A DNA stretch of 24,000 nt from Streptacidiphilus jeojiensis (GCF_042510965.1 NZ_JBEUKS010000001.1:394554-418553), one strand, 5' to 3'; counted from the stretch's first letter, positions 1 to 8,370 are shown. Notes: generated by a model not told the origin, from the letters alone. Numbers and translations: made by a program.

Positions 1-423
1 GGAGACCGGGTGGACGACCAGGTCGAACGAGGCGTCCGGGAACGCGCTCAGGTCGCGCGCGTCGCCGAGCACCGTGCGCAGGTCGAGCCCTTCCCGCGCC
101 GCGACCATCTCGTCCTGCGCCAGCTGGCGGGGCGAGTTGTCGAAGACGGTCACCCGCGCGCCCGCCGCGGCCAGCACCGGACCCTGCTGCCCGCCGCCGG
201 AGGCCAGGCAGAGTACGTCGCAACCGGCGATCTCCGGCGGGAACCAGGCCGGGTCCACCGGCTCGTGGCCGATCAGGACGATGGACCACTGGCCGGCCCG
301 CGCCTTCGCGATCACCTCAGGGCCGACCGGGCGCGACCACTCGTTGTCCTGCTCCACCTCGCGGTCCCAGGCGAGGCGGTTGTGCGCGACGGGGTCGATG
401 GGGGCGACGGGAGTCTGACTCAT
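1..423 (-). CDS. Class I SAM-dependent methyltransferase; N-terminal 141 codons only, C-terminus lies beyond the left edge of the window
   Basis: My own reverse-complement translation from the ATG at 423-421 gives [141 protein letters not shown]. It has the glycine-rich SAM motif I ([10 protein letters not shown]) and the acidic FD after beta-2. It is absent from the ORF track because no stop falls inside the window. Confidence 0.8.
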   Translation of the reverse strand, partial: MSQTPVAPIDPVAHNRLAWDREVEQDNEWSRPVGPEVIAKARAGQWSIVLIGHEPVDPAWFPPEIAGCDVLCLASGGGQQGPVLAAAGARVTVFDNSPRQLAQDEMVAAREGLDLRTVLGDARDLSAFPDASFDLVVHPVS

Positions 424-505
424 GCGCCACACCCTAGTTGCCGCACCGCGCAGGTGTCCGCCTATGGCTGTGCGGCGGTCCAGGTCGGCGCTCCCGGTCG
501 GGGGC

Positions 506-868
506 CTACTCGAGCACTCGGCTGATCGCGGACAGCGCGTCGCCGGGGTTGCGGACCAGGATGATCCTGGCGGACGGCGCGTGGGCGTGGATGATGTTCA
601 GGACGCGGTTGAACCAGAGCGTGGTCTCCTCGGTCGGCGGAAGCTGAGGGTCCTGGCCGCTGACGAAACTGCCGATCACCACGCCGTCGTACTCGGCGTC
701 ACTCAACTCCTGGACCAGACGGGCGTCGCCGTCCTCGTCGTCGGTCAGGACCACGATGGTGGCCGCCAGCCCGGCCGCCCGCAGGCGCGCCTGGACGGCC
801 GCGCCTATCTCCTCGTGCTTGCCGAATCCCAGGACCCGCCACGGCTTGAGAAATTCCGAGGTCGACAA
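506..868 (-). CDS. Hypothetical protein, ~120 aa, no family recognised
   Basis: ORF 506..934. The first 22 codons have AT-rich third positions, so they look non-coding. An in-frame TTG at 868 is preceded by GGGGGA. Downstream codon bias is Streptomyces-like. The gene is divergent from the TetR gene at 940. Confidence 0.5.
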   Translation of the reverse strand: MSTSEFLKPWRVLGFGKHEEIGAAVQARLRAAGLAATIVVLTDDEDGDARLVQELSDAEYDGVVIGSFVSGQDPQLPPTEETTLWFNRVLNIIHAHAPSARIILVRNPGDALSAISRVLE

Positions 869-939
869 CTGTTCCCCCTGCTCATAGAATTGGATTGACC
901 ATGAGTTAAATGACTTGATTGGGAGTCTAGCCAAATCTG

Positions 940-1590
940 ATGGCCGACGTCAAAGGAACTCAGCGCACGTACCGCTCGCCGCTGCGCGAGCAGGCCGCCC
1001 GGCGCACCCATGAGGCGGTGGTGGCTGCCGCCGTGCAGGTGTTCACTGAGGAGGGCTACACGGGCGCGAGGATCGAGCAGATCGCCGCCCGCGCCGGGGT
1101 CTCGCGCCCGACCGTTTTCGGCATCGGCACCAAGGCCCAACTGTTCGCCCTCGCCCGGCAGTACGCCGCCACCGACGGCAGCGTCAGCGCCAACGACGAG
1201 GGATTCCAGCAGCTCCTGGCGATCCCCGACGCGCACCGGCTGCTCGGGGAGTTCGCCGCCTTCACCGCCGCCATCTCGCAGCGGCTCGGGCGGCTGCAAC
1301 TGGCACTCGAGCAGGCCGCGGGGACCGATCCCGAACTGGCGCAGCTTCAGGAGTCCAGCCAGCAGGAACTGCTGGAATGCGCTCGCGGAATCATCGCGGC
1401 CACAGCCGCGACAGGATCGTTGCGGCGTGACATCCCGCGTGAGGCTGCCGCCGACGTGCTCTGGCTGCAGATCCAGCCCGCCAACTACCAGCACCTGGTC
1501 GAGGAGCGCGGCTGGAGCCACCACGCATTCGAGCGCTGGCACGCTGCGACGATGATCGCCGCCTTGCTGGAACCCGCTGGGGCGTCGTGA
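940..1590 (+). CDS. TetR/AcrR family transcriptional regulator
   Basis: N-terminal HTH signature: VVAAAVQVFTEEGYTGARIEQIAARAGVSRPTVFGIGTKAQLF. 216 aa. Confidence 0.9.
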   Translation: MADVKGTQRTYRSPLREQAARRTHEAVVAAAVQVFTEEGYTGARIEQIAARAGVSRPTVFGIGTKAQLFALARQYAATDGSVSANDEGFQQLLAIPDAHRLLGEFAAFTAAISQRLGRLQLALEQAAGTDPELAQLQESSQQELLECARGIIAATAATGSLRRDIPREAAADVLWLQIQPANYQHLVEERGWSHHAFERWHAATMIAALLEPAGAS

Positions 1591-1635
1591 CCGGCCCCGA
1601 CCCGTCCTCAGGCGCCGTCGGCGGCCTGGCTGTTC

Positions 1636-3105
1636 CTACTGTCGCGGGCGCGGCACTGTTGCCGGTTTCAGGGTCAGGGCGAGGGCGGCTGTAGCCGCGC
1701 TCACGGCGGCCATCGCGTAGAAGGCGATGCGGTAGCCGTCGACGACGGCCGCGGCACCACCGGCGTGGCTGTGGCTGGCCACACCGGCGGCGACGGTGAC
1801 CAGGGCGGCCAACCCCAGTGCTGCGCCGAGCTGACGGCACATGTTGATCAGACCGGAGGCGACGCCGGCGTTGCGCGGATCGACACCGGTGGTGGCGGCG
1901 ACGATCGCCGGCATCATCGTCACGCTCGTTCCCGCACCGACGACCAGGGTGGGAAGCAGCACATGACCGACGTAGTCGGAGTGCGCCGGCAACTGGCCCA
2001 GCCACGCCAGTCCGACGGCGGCGACGAGACCGCCGATCACCACCAGACGGCGCGGGCCCACGGTCGGGATCAGCCTCTGCGAGACGAGGACGCCGACGCT
2101 GATCACGGAGACCATCGGCAGCAGGGACAGGCCGGTGCGCACCGCGCTCTCACCGAGCACCTGCTGCAGGTAGAGCGAGAGGAAGAACAGCGGTGCGGTG
2201 ATCACGGCTCCCATGCACAGCGTCAGAACGTTACCGGCCCGCAGGTTGTGGACCGAGAGGAGCTCCAGCGGGATCAAGGACTGGTCCGCGCGCCGCTCGA
2301 TGACCACGAACGCGGCCAGCAGCACGACGCCGGCGATCAGGGCGGCGAGGATCTGGCCCGATCCCCAGCCGTGGTCCGGGGCGGCCGAGACGCCGTAGAC
2401 GATCGCAGCGGTGGCGACCGTGATGGTGACGGCGCCGGGGACGTCGATACCCGGGCGGCTGCGGGAGACGGGGGTGGGTGCCAGGCAGACCAGGCCGGCG
2501 AGGAGCAGGCCCACGCCGATCGGCACGTTGACCAACAGCACCCAGCGCCAGCCCAGGGAGGCGGTCAGCAGACCACCGAGCACGATGCCGGCTGCGGCGG
2601 CGCTGGAGGCCGCGACGCCCCACCAGGTCATTGCCCGGGTGCGCTGGGCGGGTTCGGTGTGGCTGGCGGTGATCAGGCTCAGGCTGGAGGGGGCGAGCGC
2701 GGCAGCTCCTGCGCCCTGGACCAGGCGCGCCGCCAGCAGCATCCAGCCCGTCTGGGCCAGACCGCCGAACAGGCTGGCGGCGGAGAAGACGAACAGCCCG
2801 ATCTGGAAGACCCGGCGGCGGCCGAACAGGTCCCCGGCACGCGACGCGAACAGCAGCAGGCCGCCGAAGGAGACCAGGTATCCGTCGACCACCCACTGCT
2901 GCGCGTCGGCCGACAGGCCCAGTCCCGACCTCATCGAGGGCAGGGCGACGTTCACGATGCTGGAGTCGAGCACCACCATGAACTGGGCGGTGCACGCGAT
3001 CACAGCGACGACGGCCAGTCCTACGCCCGGCTTGGCCACCGCCTGCGGTGAGCGCCGTGCGACGGGCGGTGGCGTGCCTGTGGGGCGGGTGCGCATGTGC
3101 GGCAT
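1636..3105 (-). CDS. MFS transporter, DHA2 (EmrB/QacA-like, 14-TMS) drug:H+ antiporter family
   Basis: 489 aa, very hydrophobic. Carries the family motif QFMVVLDSSIVNVALPSM and LFGRRRVF (motif A-like). GGAG lies 6 nt upstream of the ATG at 3105. Confidence 0.9.
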   Translation of the reverse strand: MPHMRTRPTGTPPPVARRSPQAVAKPGVGLAVVAVIACTAQFMVVLDSSIVNVALPSMRSGLGLSADAQQWVVDGYLVSFGGLLLFASRAGDLFGRRRVFQIGLFVFSAASLFGGLAQTGWMLLAARLVQGAGAAALAPSSLSLITASHTEPAQRTRAMTWWGVAASSAAAAGIVLGGLLTASLGWRWVLLVNVPIGVGLLLAGLVCLAPTPVSRSRPGIDVPGAVTITVATAAIVYGVSAAPDHGWGSGQILAALIAGVVLLAAFVVIERRADQSLIPLELLSVHNLRAGNVLTLCMGAVITAPLFFLSLYLQQVLGESAVRTGLSLLPMVSVISVGVLVSQRLIPTVGPRRLVVIGGLVAAVGLAWLGQLPAHSDYVGHVLLPTLVVGAGTSVTMMPAIVAATTGVDPRNAGVASGLINMCRQLGAALGLAALVTVAAGVASHSHAGGAAAVVDGYRIAFYAMAAVSAATAALALTLKPATVPRPRQ

Positions 3106-3123
3106 GGAATGCTCCTGGACAAG

Positions 3124-3199
3124 TTGCCGGATAGGCTCTCCGGAACGAGCCTAGGCAATGCCGGACAGGCTGTCCACCTAATGCCGGACAGGCGATCCG
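3124..3199. promoter_or_regulatory. Three tandem operator-like sites (TGCCGGAyAGGC core) in the MFS/TetR divergent intergenic region
   Basis: CCGGATAGGCTCTCCGG at 3127-3143 is a palindrome with 1 mismatch. GGACAGGCTGTCC at 3163-3175 is a perfect 13-nt palindrome. GGACAGGCGATCC at 3186-3198 is degenerate. All three share the left half TGCCGGA(C/T)AGGC. Confidence 0.6.
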
Positions 3200-3268
3200 C
3201 TAAAGTGGTCACCGGCGCACGGTGGACTGGCGCACCGGCGGACCGGCGCGCGGGATCGGAGGAACGGG

Positions 3269-3826
3269 ATGGCTTCGGGCGGGACTTCGTTCCCCACCAG
3301 GCGGGCCGCCGCCGAGCGCAACCGCGACAAGATCCTCAACGCCGCCCGCGACGCCTTCGCCGACCCCGACGCGGAGGTGTCGATGGCCGAGGTCGCACGC
3401 CGCGCGGGCGTCGGCATGGCCACGCTCTACCGCAACTTCCCCGGACGCCGGGAACTGCTGGAAGCCCTCTACGTCGACGAGGTCGACGCGATCTGCCGGG
3501 CCGCCCGCATCGAGGACGGCCAGACACCGGGCCAGGCCCTGACCGCCTGGCTGCGCCTGCACTTCGACTTCATCCCCAACAAGCGCCTGATCGTGGCCGA
3601 GCTGCTCGAACACGCCCCCCAGGACGCCGCCCCTCCCAGCCACCGCCACCGGGCACTCGCCGCCGGCCAGCCCCTGCTCACCGCGGCGCAGGAGTCCCAC
3701 GAGATCCGCGGCGACATCACCCTGGTACAGATCTTCGACGCGATCGTCGCCATCGCCAGGATCCACGGCGATCGCGACTACCTCGAACCGATCATCCAGA
3801 CCCTGCTCGACGGCCTCCACACCTGA
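3269..3826 (+). CDS. TetR/AcrR family transcriptional regulator; likely repressor of the divergent MFS gene
   Basis: HTH signature: ILNAARDAFADPDAEVSMAEVARRAGVGMATLYRNFPGRRELLEALY. GGAGGA RBS upstream of the ATG at 3269. Confidence 0.9.
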   Translation: MASGGTSFPTRRAAAERNRDKILNAARDAFADPDAEVSMAEVARRAGVGMATLYRNFPGRRELLEALYVDEVDAICRAARIEDGQTPGQALTAWLRLHFDFIPNKRLIVAELLEHAPQDAAPPSHRHRALAAGQPLLTAAQESHEIRGDITLVQIFDAIVAIARIHGDRDYLEPIIQTLLDGLHT

Positions 3827-3908
3827 AGCGATCAGTGCCGTTCGGCCGGGGAGGCCCGGAACGCAGCTGACGCCCTTTCGTCGCACACGCCGGTGGCCTG
3901 ACCCCGCC

Positions 3909-4394
3909 TCAGTCGTCCAGGGAGCGCTCGTCCGGGTCGATGGCGTGCATGATGCGTCGGCTGATCTCGCGTAGCTGCCGGGTCTGGGCCTTGGTCAGCG
4001 GGTCGAAGACCAGGCGGCGGACCTCCTCGACATGGCCGGGCGCGGCTTCCGCCACCTTGGCCCCGCCCTCGTCGGTCAGGATCGCCAGGGTGTAGCGGCC
4101 GTCCGTCGGATCAGGCGTGCGGCGCACCCAACCGCGCTGCTCGAGCCGGGCGACCACCTGGGACAGGCGTGGCAGCGAACCCTCGGTCTGCACCGCCAGC
4201 ACGCTCATCCGCAGGGTGCGGTCGGATACCTGGGACAGCTTGGCCAGCACCTGGTACTCGAAGTGGCTGATCCCAGCATCGCGGCGCAACTGCTCGTCGA
4301 GCGCGGACGGCAGCCTGATCAGTGTGCCGGCCAGGGCGAGCCATGCAGCGCCCTCCTCGGCGTCGAGCCAACGGGGCTCCTGCGAGACGTCCAT
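3909..4394 (-). CDS. MarR family transcriptional regulator
   Basis: Winged-HTH region: FEYQVLAKLSQVSDRTLRMSVLAVQTEGSLPRLSQVVARLEQRGWVRRTPDPTDGRYTLAILTDEG. 161 aa. Confidence 0.88.
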   Translation of the reverse strand: MDVSQEPRWLDAEEGAAWLALAGTLIRLPSALDEQLRRDAGISHFEYQVLAKLSQVSDRTLRMSVLAVQTEGSLPRLSQVVARLEQRGWVRRTPDPTDGRYTLAILTDEGGAKVAEAAPGHVEEVRRLVFDPLTKAQTRQLREISRRIMHAIDPDERSLDD

Positions 4395-4561
4395 GACACC
4401 AGCATAGCTTAAGAGTTGAAGTGAATCGGCAGTCGGATCACTTGCATGGTGAAGTCAATCTGAGCTAGCTTCACTTAAAGCATTAACTGATGGACGCCCA
4501 AGGCAGGCCGCGACCGCCCAGCAGTGCGGGACGTCGGCATCACGCAGAAAGAGGAGACATC

Positions 4562-4927
4562 ATGACCACCTCCGTCATCGGCCTCAGCATCGACACCGCC
4601 GACGCAGCCGCCCTCGCCGCCTTCTGGTCGAAGGTTCTCCACCGCCCGGTCAACCCGGGCGCGACCACCGAGAGCGCCGCGATCGACGCCGTCGACCGGG
4701 CCGGCGGCCCGAAGCTCGCCTTCTGGAGGGTCCCTGAGCCCAAGTCGGTCAAGAACCGCCTCCACCTCGACCTGTGGACCGACGACTTCGAGGCCGAAAG
4801 CAAGCGGCTGACCGACCTCGGCGCCACACCGGTCGCCGACGCCGAGAAGCCGGCGGTCCGCTGGACCACCTTCGCCGACCCGGAGGGCAACGAGTTCGAC
4901 CTGGTGGGCCCCGTGCCCGCCGAGTGA
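4562..4927 (+). CDS. VOC (glyoxalase/bleomycin-resistance-like) family protein
   Basis: ORF 4490..4927, but the GAGGAG RBS at 4551-4556 points to the ATG at 4562. Sequence MTTSVIGLSIDTADAAALAAFWSKVL...NRLHLDL...FADPEGNEFDLV is typical of single-domain glyoxalase-like proteins. Confidence 0.8.
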   Translation: MTTSVIGLSIDTADAAALAAFWSKVLHRPVNPGATTESAAIDAVDRAGGPKLAFWRVPEPKSVKNRLHLDLWTDDFEAESKRLTDLGATPVADAEKPAVRWTTFADPEGNEFDLVGPVPAE

Positions 4928-4989
4928 TCGGCGGCGCTCGCACCCGTGCTATCCGCTTCTCCTAATCACCCCACGCGAAAAGGAACTCA

Positions 4990-6015
4990 ATGATGGATCA
5001 CGTGGCTCGACAGGGAACCACCAGGCGGACGATGCTCCGCACCGGAGCCATGGCCGGGACGGCTGCGGCTCTCGGCGCCACCGGAATGTTCACGGCCGCA
5101 ACGGCACGCGCGGCCACCCCGGCAGCCAACGGGACGCAGCAACTCCCGTACCCGTCCGGCGTCACGGACACCTCGCACTGCACTCCGGAGATCGCCGCAG
5201 TCTTCCGCGGCATCCTCACGGCCAAGAGCAGGCACGACGCCGCCGGGTTCCTGTCCTACTTCTCCAGGACGAACACCGTCTACATCGACGCCTGCCTGGG
5301 TGTCACCATGACCGGCTGGCAGGCGCTGAACAACTTCTTCACCCCCTTCCTCGCGAGCGTGCCCGCCGACGCGATCTCCTATCCGCTGCGCATCGTCGGC
5401 GACGAGCGAAGCGCAGCGATCGAGTTCGTGGACACCCCCGCCTTCTTCGGCCAGGAGATCCGCACCCTCTCCACCGTCACCTTCAACGACAACCACAAGG
5501 TCACCCGCTGGGTCGACTACTGGGACGGCCGCAGCTCGCTCATCCAGAACACCATCGCCGACACCTACCCCACCGACTTCAGCGATTCCCAGCAGAACGC
5601 CCACCCCGCCGTCGCCCGGGCCGCCCGGGCGCTCCAGACCGCATTCGCGGCGGGCGACGCAGCCGGGGCCGTCGCCCTGATGTCCGACGACGTGGTCCAC
5701 GAAGACCTGGCCGCGCACACCCGCGTCCGTGGCACGCTCCAGGCCCAGCGCTACTACACGCGAGCGCTCGCACAGCTCCCCTACGGCCCGGGTGCCGCGC
5801 TGGTCCACACCGGCGGCAGCCGCCAGGGCGGCGACTACGAGTGGACGGCCGCCCCGCACGCCGCCCCGATACGACGCGGCCACACCTGCCTCGAACTCGA
5901 CGGGACCGGCAAGGTCAGCCGCCTGACCACCATCTACGACTCGAGCCTGCTGACCCACGCCACCTACCAGTCCCTGATCGGCCTCAGCGCCGAGGCACCG
6001 CTGCCCGCACGGTGA
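4990..6015 (+). CDS. Tat-signal-bearing protein with two tandem NTF2/SnoaL-like domains
   Basis: Twin-arginine leader TTRRTMLRTGAMAGTAAALGATGMFTAATARA. Two SnoaL-like halves follow (...FLSYFSRTNTVYID...VTRWVDYWD and ...AFAAGDAAGAVALMSDDVVHEDL...VSRLTTIYD). AAGGAA lies upstream of the ATG. Confidence 0.75.
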   Translation: MMDHVARQGTTRRTMLRTGAMAGTAAALGATGMFTAATARAATPAANGTQQLPYPSGVTDTSHCTPEIAAVFRGILTAKSRHDAAGFLSYFSRTNTVYIDACLGVTMTGWQALNNFFTPFLASVPADAISYPLRIVGDERSAAIEFVDTPAFFGQEIRTLSTVTFNDNHKVTRWVDYWDGRSSLIQNTIADTYPTDFSDSQQNAHPAVARAARALQTAFAAGDAAGAVALMSDDVVHEDLAAHTRVRGTLQAQRYYTRALAQLPYGPGAALVHTGGSRQGGDYEWTAAPHAAPIRRGHTCLELDGTGKVSRLTTIYDSSLLTHATYQSLIGLSAEAPLPAR

Positions 6016-6076
6016 GTGAACTCCACCCGCCGCAGACGACCCCTGCCATCCGACCACGAAACGGAACCGAACCACG

Positions 6077-6682
6077 ATGACTGAGCTGCACCAGCACTTC
6101 GCCCTGGACCGGACCGCGCAGAACCTCCTGTTCCGCGAGGCCCGCACCGCGAACACCTTCTCCGACGAGCCGGTCAGCGAGGACCAGGTCGCCGCGATCT
6201 ACGACCTGGTCAAGTACGCACCGACCGCGTTCAACTCCCAGCCGCTGCGCATCCTGCTGGTGCGCTCCCCCGAGGCCCGCGAGCGTCTCGTCGAACACCT
6301 GTGGGACGGCAACAAGGCGAAGGCCGCCGCCGCTCCGCTGGTCGCGGTGCTCGCCTACGACCCCGAGTTCCACGAGCACCTGCCCACCCAGTTGCCGCAC
6401 TTCCCCGCCGCACAGAGCCTGTTCCAGGGCAAGGACCACCGCTTCGTCGAAGCCTCCGTCAGCGCCGGCCTGCAGATCGGCTACTTCATCCTCGGTGTGC
6501 GGGCCGTCGGCCTGGCCGCCGGGCCCATGACCGGCCTGCACGCCGAGGCCATCGACAAGGAGTTCTTCGCCGAGACCGGCTACAGGACCCTCGTCGTGAT
6601 CACCATCGGCAAGCCGGACGAGGACCCCGCATTCCCCCGCGGCCCGCGCCTGGAACAGAACCTGGTCGTCACCACGGTCTAA
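6077..6682 (+). CDS. Nitroreductase-family oxidoreductase, RutE-like (malonic semialdehyde reductase-like)
   Basis: 201 aa. By recollection it aligns along its length to the E. coli RutE pattern (LF.EARTANTF...V....L..IY.L.K..PT..N.QP.RI..V.S.E...RL...GPM.G......D..FF). TAA stop. Confidence 0.8.
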   Translation: MTELHQHFALDRTAQNLLFREARTANTFSDEPVSEDQVAAIYDLVKYAPTAFNSQPLRILLVRSPEARERLVEHLWDGNKAKAAAAPLVAVLAYDPEFHEHLPTQLPHFPAAQSLFQGKDHRFVEASVSAGLQIGYFILGVRAVGLAAGPMTGLHAEAIDKEFFAETGYRTLVVITIGKPDEDPAFPRGPRLEQNLVVTTV

Positions 6683-6695
6683 GCTCCGCCGCTGC

Positions 6696-6727
6696 GCAGC
6701 AGCAGCAACGACGACGACGACGACGAC
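6696..6727. repeat. Compound trinucleotide microsatellite (GCA)4(ACG)6
   Basis: gcagcagcagca followed by acgacgacgacgacgacgac. Intergenic, between the nitroreductase stop and the hairpin at 6752. Confidence 0.9.
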
Positions 6728-6751
6728 CGATGATCAGAACCGCAGCGTCAC

Positions 6752-6783
6752 CGGACGGGGCCCGCCGGCGCGGGCCCCGTCCG
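6752..6783. terminator. Bidirectional intrinsic-terminator-like hairpin between convergent genes
   Basis: Perfect 14-bp stem: CGGACGGGGCCCGC (6752-6765) pairs with GCGGGCCCCGTCCG (6770-6783), loop CGGC. Confidence 0.7.
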
Positions 6784-6799
6784 CGTTGCCGGCGGAGTG

Positions 6800-7021
6800 C
6801 TACGAAGCGCGGCGCTGGACCTTCCCGGCCTTCAGGCACGCTGTGCAGACCTTGAGCCTCACCGGCCGGCCGTCGACAGTCGCCTTCACGGGCTGGATGT
6901 TGGGGCGGAACATCCGCGCCGAGCGCCCGAGCACCCGCCGCCTCTGGGCCTTGCGCCCCAGCCTGGCGACCTTTCTGCCGAAGCTCGGCTCCTTGCCGCA
7001 CACGTCGCAGCGTTGTGACAT
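6800..7021 (-). CDS. rpmB: Ribosomal protein bL28 family paralog; Cys-containing (CxxC...CxxC) form with an extended basic loop
   Basis: 73 aa from the ATG at 7021, with a GAGGAG RBS upstream: MSQRCDVCGKEPSFGRKVARLGRKAQRRRVLGRSARMFRPNIQPVKATVDGRPVRLKVCTACLKAGKVQRRAS. The N-terminal CDVCGK, the central PNIQ and the C-terminal CTxCxKAGKV match actinobacterial L28. The longer 145-aa ORF in the track is an upstream extension with poor codon bias. Confidence 0.75.
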   Translation of the reverse strand: MSQRCDVCGKEPSFGRKVARLGRKAQRRRVLGRSARMFRPNIQPVKATVDGRPVRLKVCTACLKAGKVQRRAS

Positions 7022-7461
7022 CAGCATTCTCCTCGAAGAGTTCGCGATGGCATGCCGACCGCCCATCGCGATGTCGATCGGGAAGGGAGAAGTGCCGCTG
7101 CGGAGGCGGTGGTCGACGGCATGGGAAACATGGGCAGGACTCAGCACGCAGCGTCGGGGAATCGACCGCTGTCGCCTGCCTGGTGAGGTGTCTCTACCTG
7201 TGCCGTCTCTAGAACATGCGGCAGACCGTAACGGCATGCCCCAGCGCGCTCAAGTGGTTTATCAGCTGCGCCGACCCGGAGCTGGGGCTGATTCCTGGCA
7301 TGAGGGCAGGGTCCGGCCTGGTACCAGGCGCGGGCGACGTCTGATGCCAGGGCTCAGCCCTGGAGGCGACGCACTGGTACCGCGCTGATCCATAGCGTCG
7401 GACCTGCCGGTTTCAAGGCCGGTGCGCGGTCAGCGCAAGCGCATAGACCAGGGAGCCCCTC

Positions 7462-8151
7462 GTGTCCGCAGTGGAAATCCTCGCCGTCATCGGCGTCATC
7501 GGACTGGTGATCTACCAGCAGCTGGCCGGGCAGTCTCTGCGCGGCAAACGCGTGGTGCTGCTGCCGGCGATCCTGACGGTCGTCGGGTTCACCAACCTGA
7601 CCAGCGGTGACCGGCACCTGCAGACGGCCGACCTCGTCTGGTTGACCATCGGCGCCGCCGGCTCGATCGTGATCGGCCTGGGCTTCGGCGCGATCATGCA
7701 TCTGGAATCCCGCAACGGCACGCTGTGGGCGAAGATGCCGGTACGCGGACTGTGGTTGTGGGTCGCCCTGGTGGCCTGGCGCGGCGTCATCTACCTGCCT
7801 GCCGCCGCCATGCACGCCCACGTCGCCGCATCGAGCGCGACCCTGCTGTTCACCCTGGGCCTCAACCGGCTGGCGCAGGCCGCCGTCATCGTCCCGCGCG
7901 CCATGTCGTCCGGCATCCCGTTCGCCCCCGAGAAGGACGGCAGGACGTTCATGGCCACCGCATTCGAACGCGGACGCCCGGACGCACCGAGCACCACGCA
8001 CGACCAGCGGCTCGACGACGTCCGCAGCTACCCCGACGACCAGCGCGAACACCGCCATGCGCGTCGCGAGAACCGCTCCGGGCAACGCCTCGCGCACCCG
8101 TCGCCGCGGTTCGACCCGTGGACCGGCCATGACCAGCGGTACGCGCCTTAA
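7462..8151 (+). CDS. Integral membrane protein, DUF1453 (CcdC-like) family, with a long hydrophilic C-terminal tail
   Basis: GTG start preceded by GGGAG. Four predicted TM helices (ILAVIGVIGLVIY, LLPAILTVVGF, LVWLTIGAAGSIVIGLGFGAI, LWLWVALVAWRGVIYL). The family call is from memory of similar Streptomyces proteins. Confidence 0.6.
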   Translation: MSAVEILAVIGVIGLVIYQQLAGQSLRGKRVVLLPAILTVVGFTNLTSGDRHLQTADLVWLTIGAAGSIVIGLGFGAIMHLESRNGTLWAKMPVRGLWLWVALVAWRGVIYLPAAAMHAHVAASSATLLFTLGLNRLAQAAVIVPRAMSSGIPFAPEKDGRTFMATAFERGRPDAPSTTHDQRLDDVRSYPDDQREHRHARRENRSGQRLAHPSPRFDPWTGHDQRYAP

Positions 8152-8370
8152 TCTACGCGCACCTGGCCGTCCACGCCGCCATCCGGGCACAGGGGCACGC
8201 CTCGGCACCACACGGTCCGCCAGACTCGACCTACACAGATCACCTCCAGTATCCGTTGAACTGCACAAAGTCACCTATGCCAACAGTATTGGGTTTCAGG
8301 CTCGGGAGGAATCGCATCCTTGATTCGGAGGCGCGAGGCGCCGGAGTTGTCTGCGCCTTGGTAGTAGCGG

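Noticed and set aside
1765-3051. 428-aa plus-strand ORF
   Set aside because: It is antisense to the well-supported MFS transporter. Its Gly/Asp/Arg/His-rich low-complexity translation is typical of a GC-driven shadow frame.
4987-6156. 389-aa minus-strand ORF
   Set aside because: It is antisense to the Tat/NTF2 gene. It has a Gly/Val/Arg/Ala-rich composition, no recognisable domain, and overlaps two plus-strand genes that have RBSs.
7157-7185. GGAAT-N19-GGT resembling a SigR/ECF-type promoter (GGAAT-N18-GTT)
   Set aside because: The downstream element and the spacing do not match the consensus. It lies about 300 bp from the nearest plus-strand start. Chance occurrence is likely.
6800-7237. 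145-aa extended version of the L28 ORF, and the 200-aa plus-strand ORF 6786..7388
   Set aside because: The upstream extension has poor third-position GC bias and no homology signal. The internal ATG at 7021 has a GAGGAG RBS and gives a canonical L28 N-terminus.
7354-8274. 306-aa minus-strand ORF
   Set aside because: It is a shadow of the DUF1453-like membrane-protein gene, and its composition is Arg/Gly/Asp/Pro-rich.
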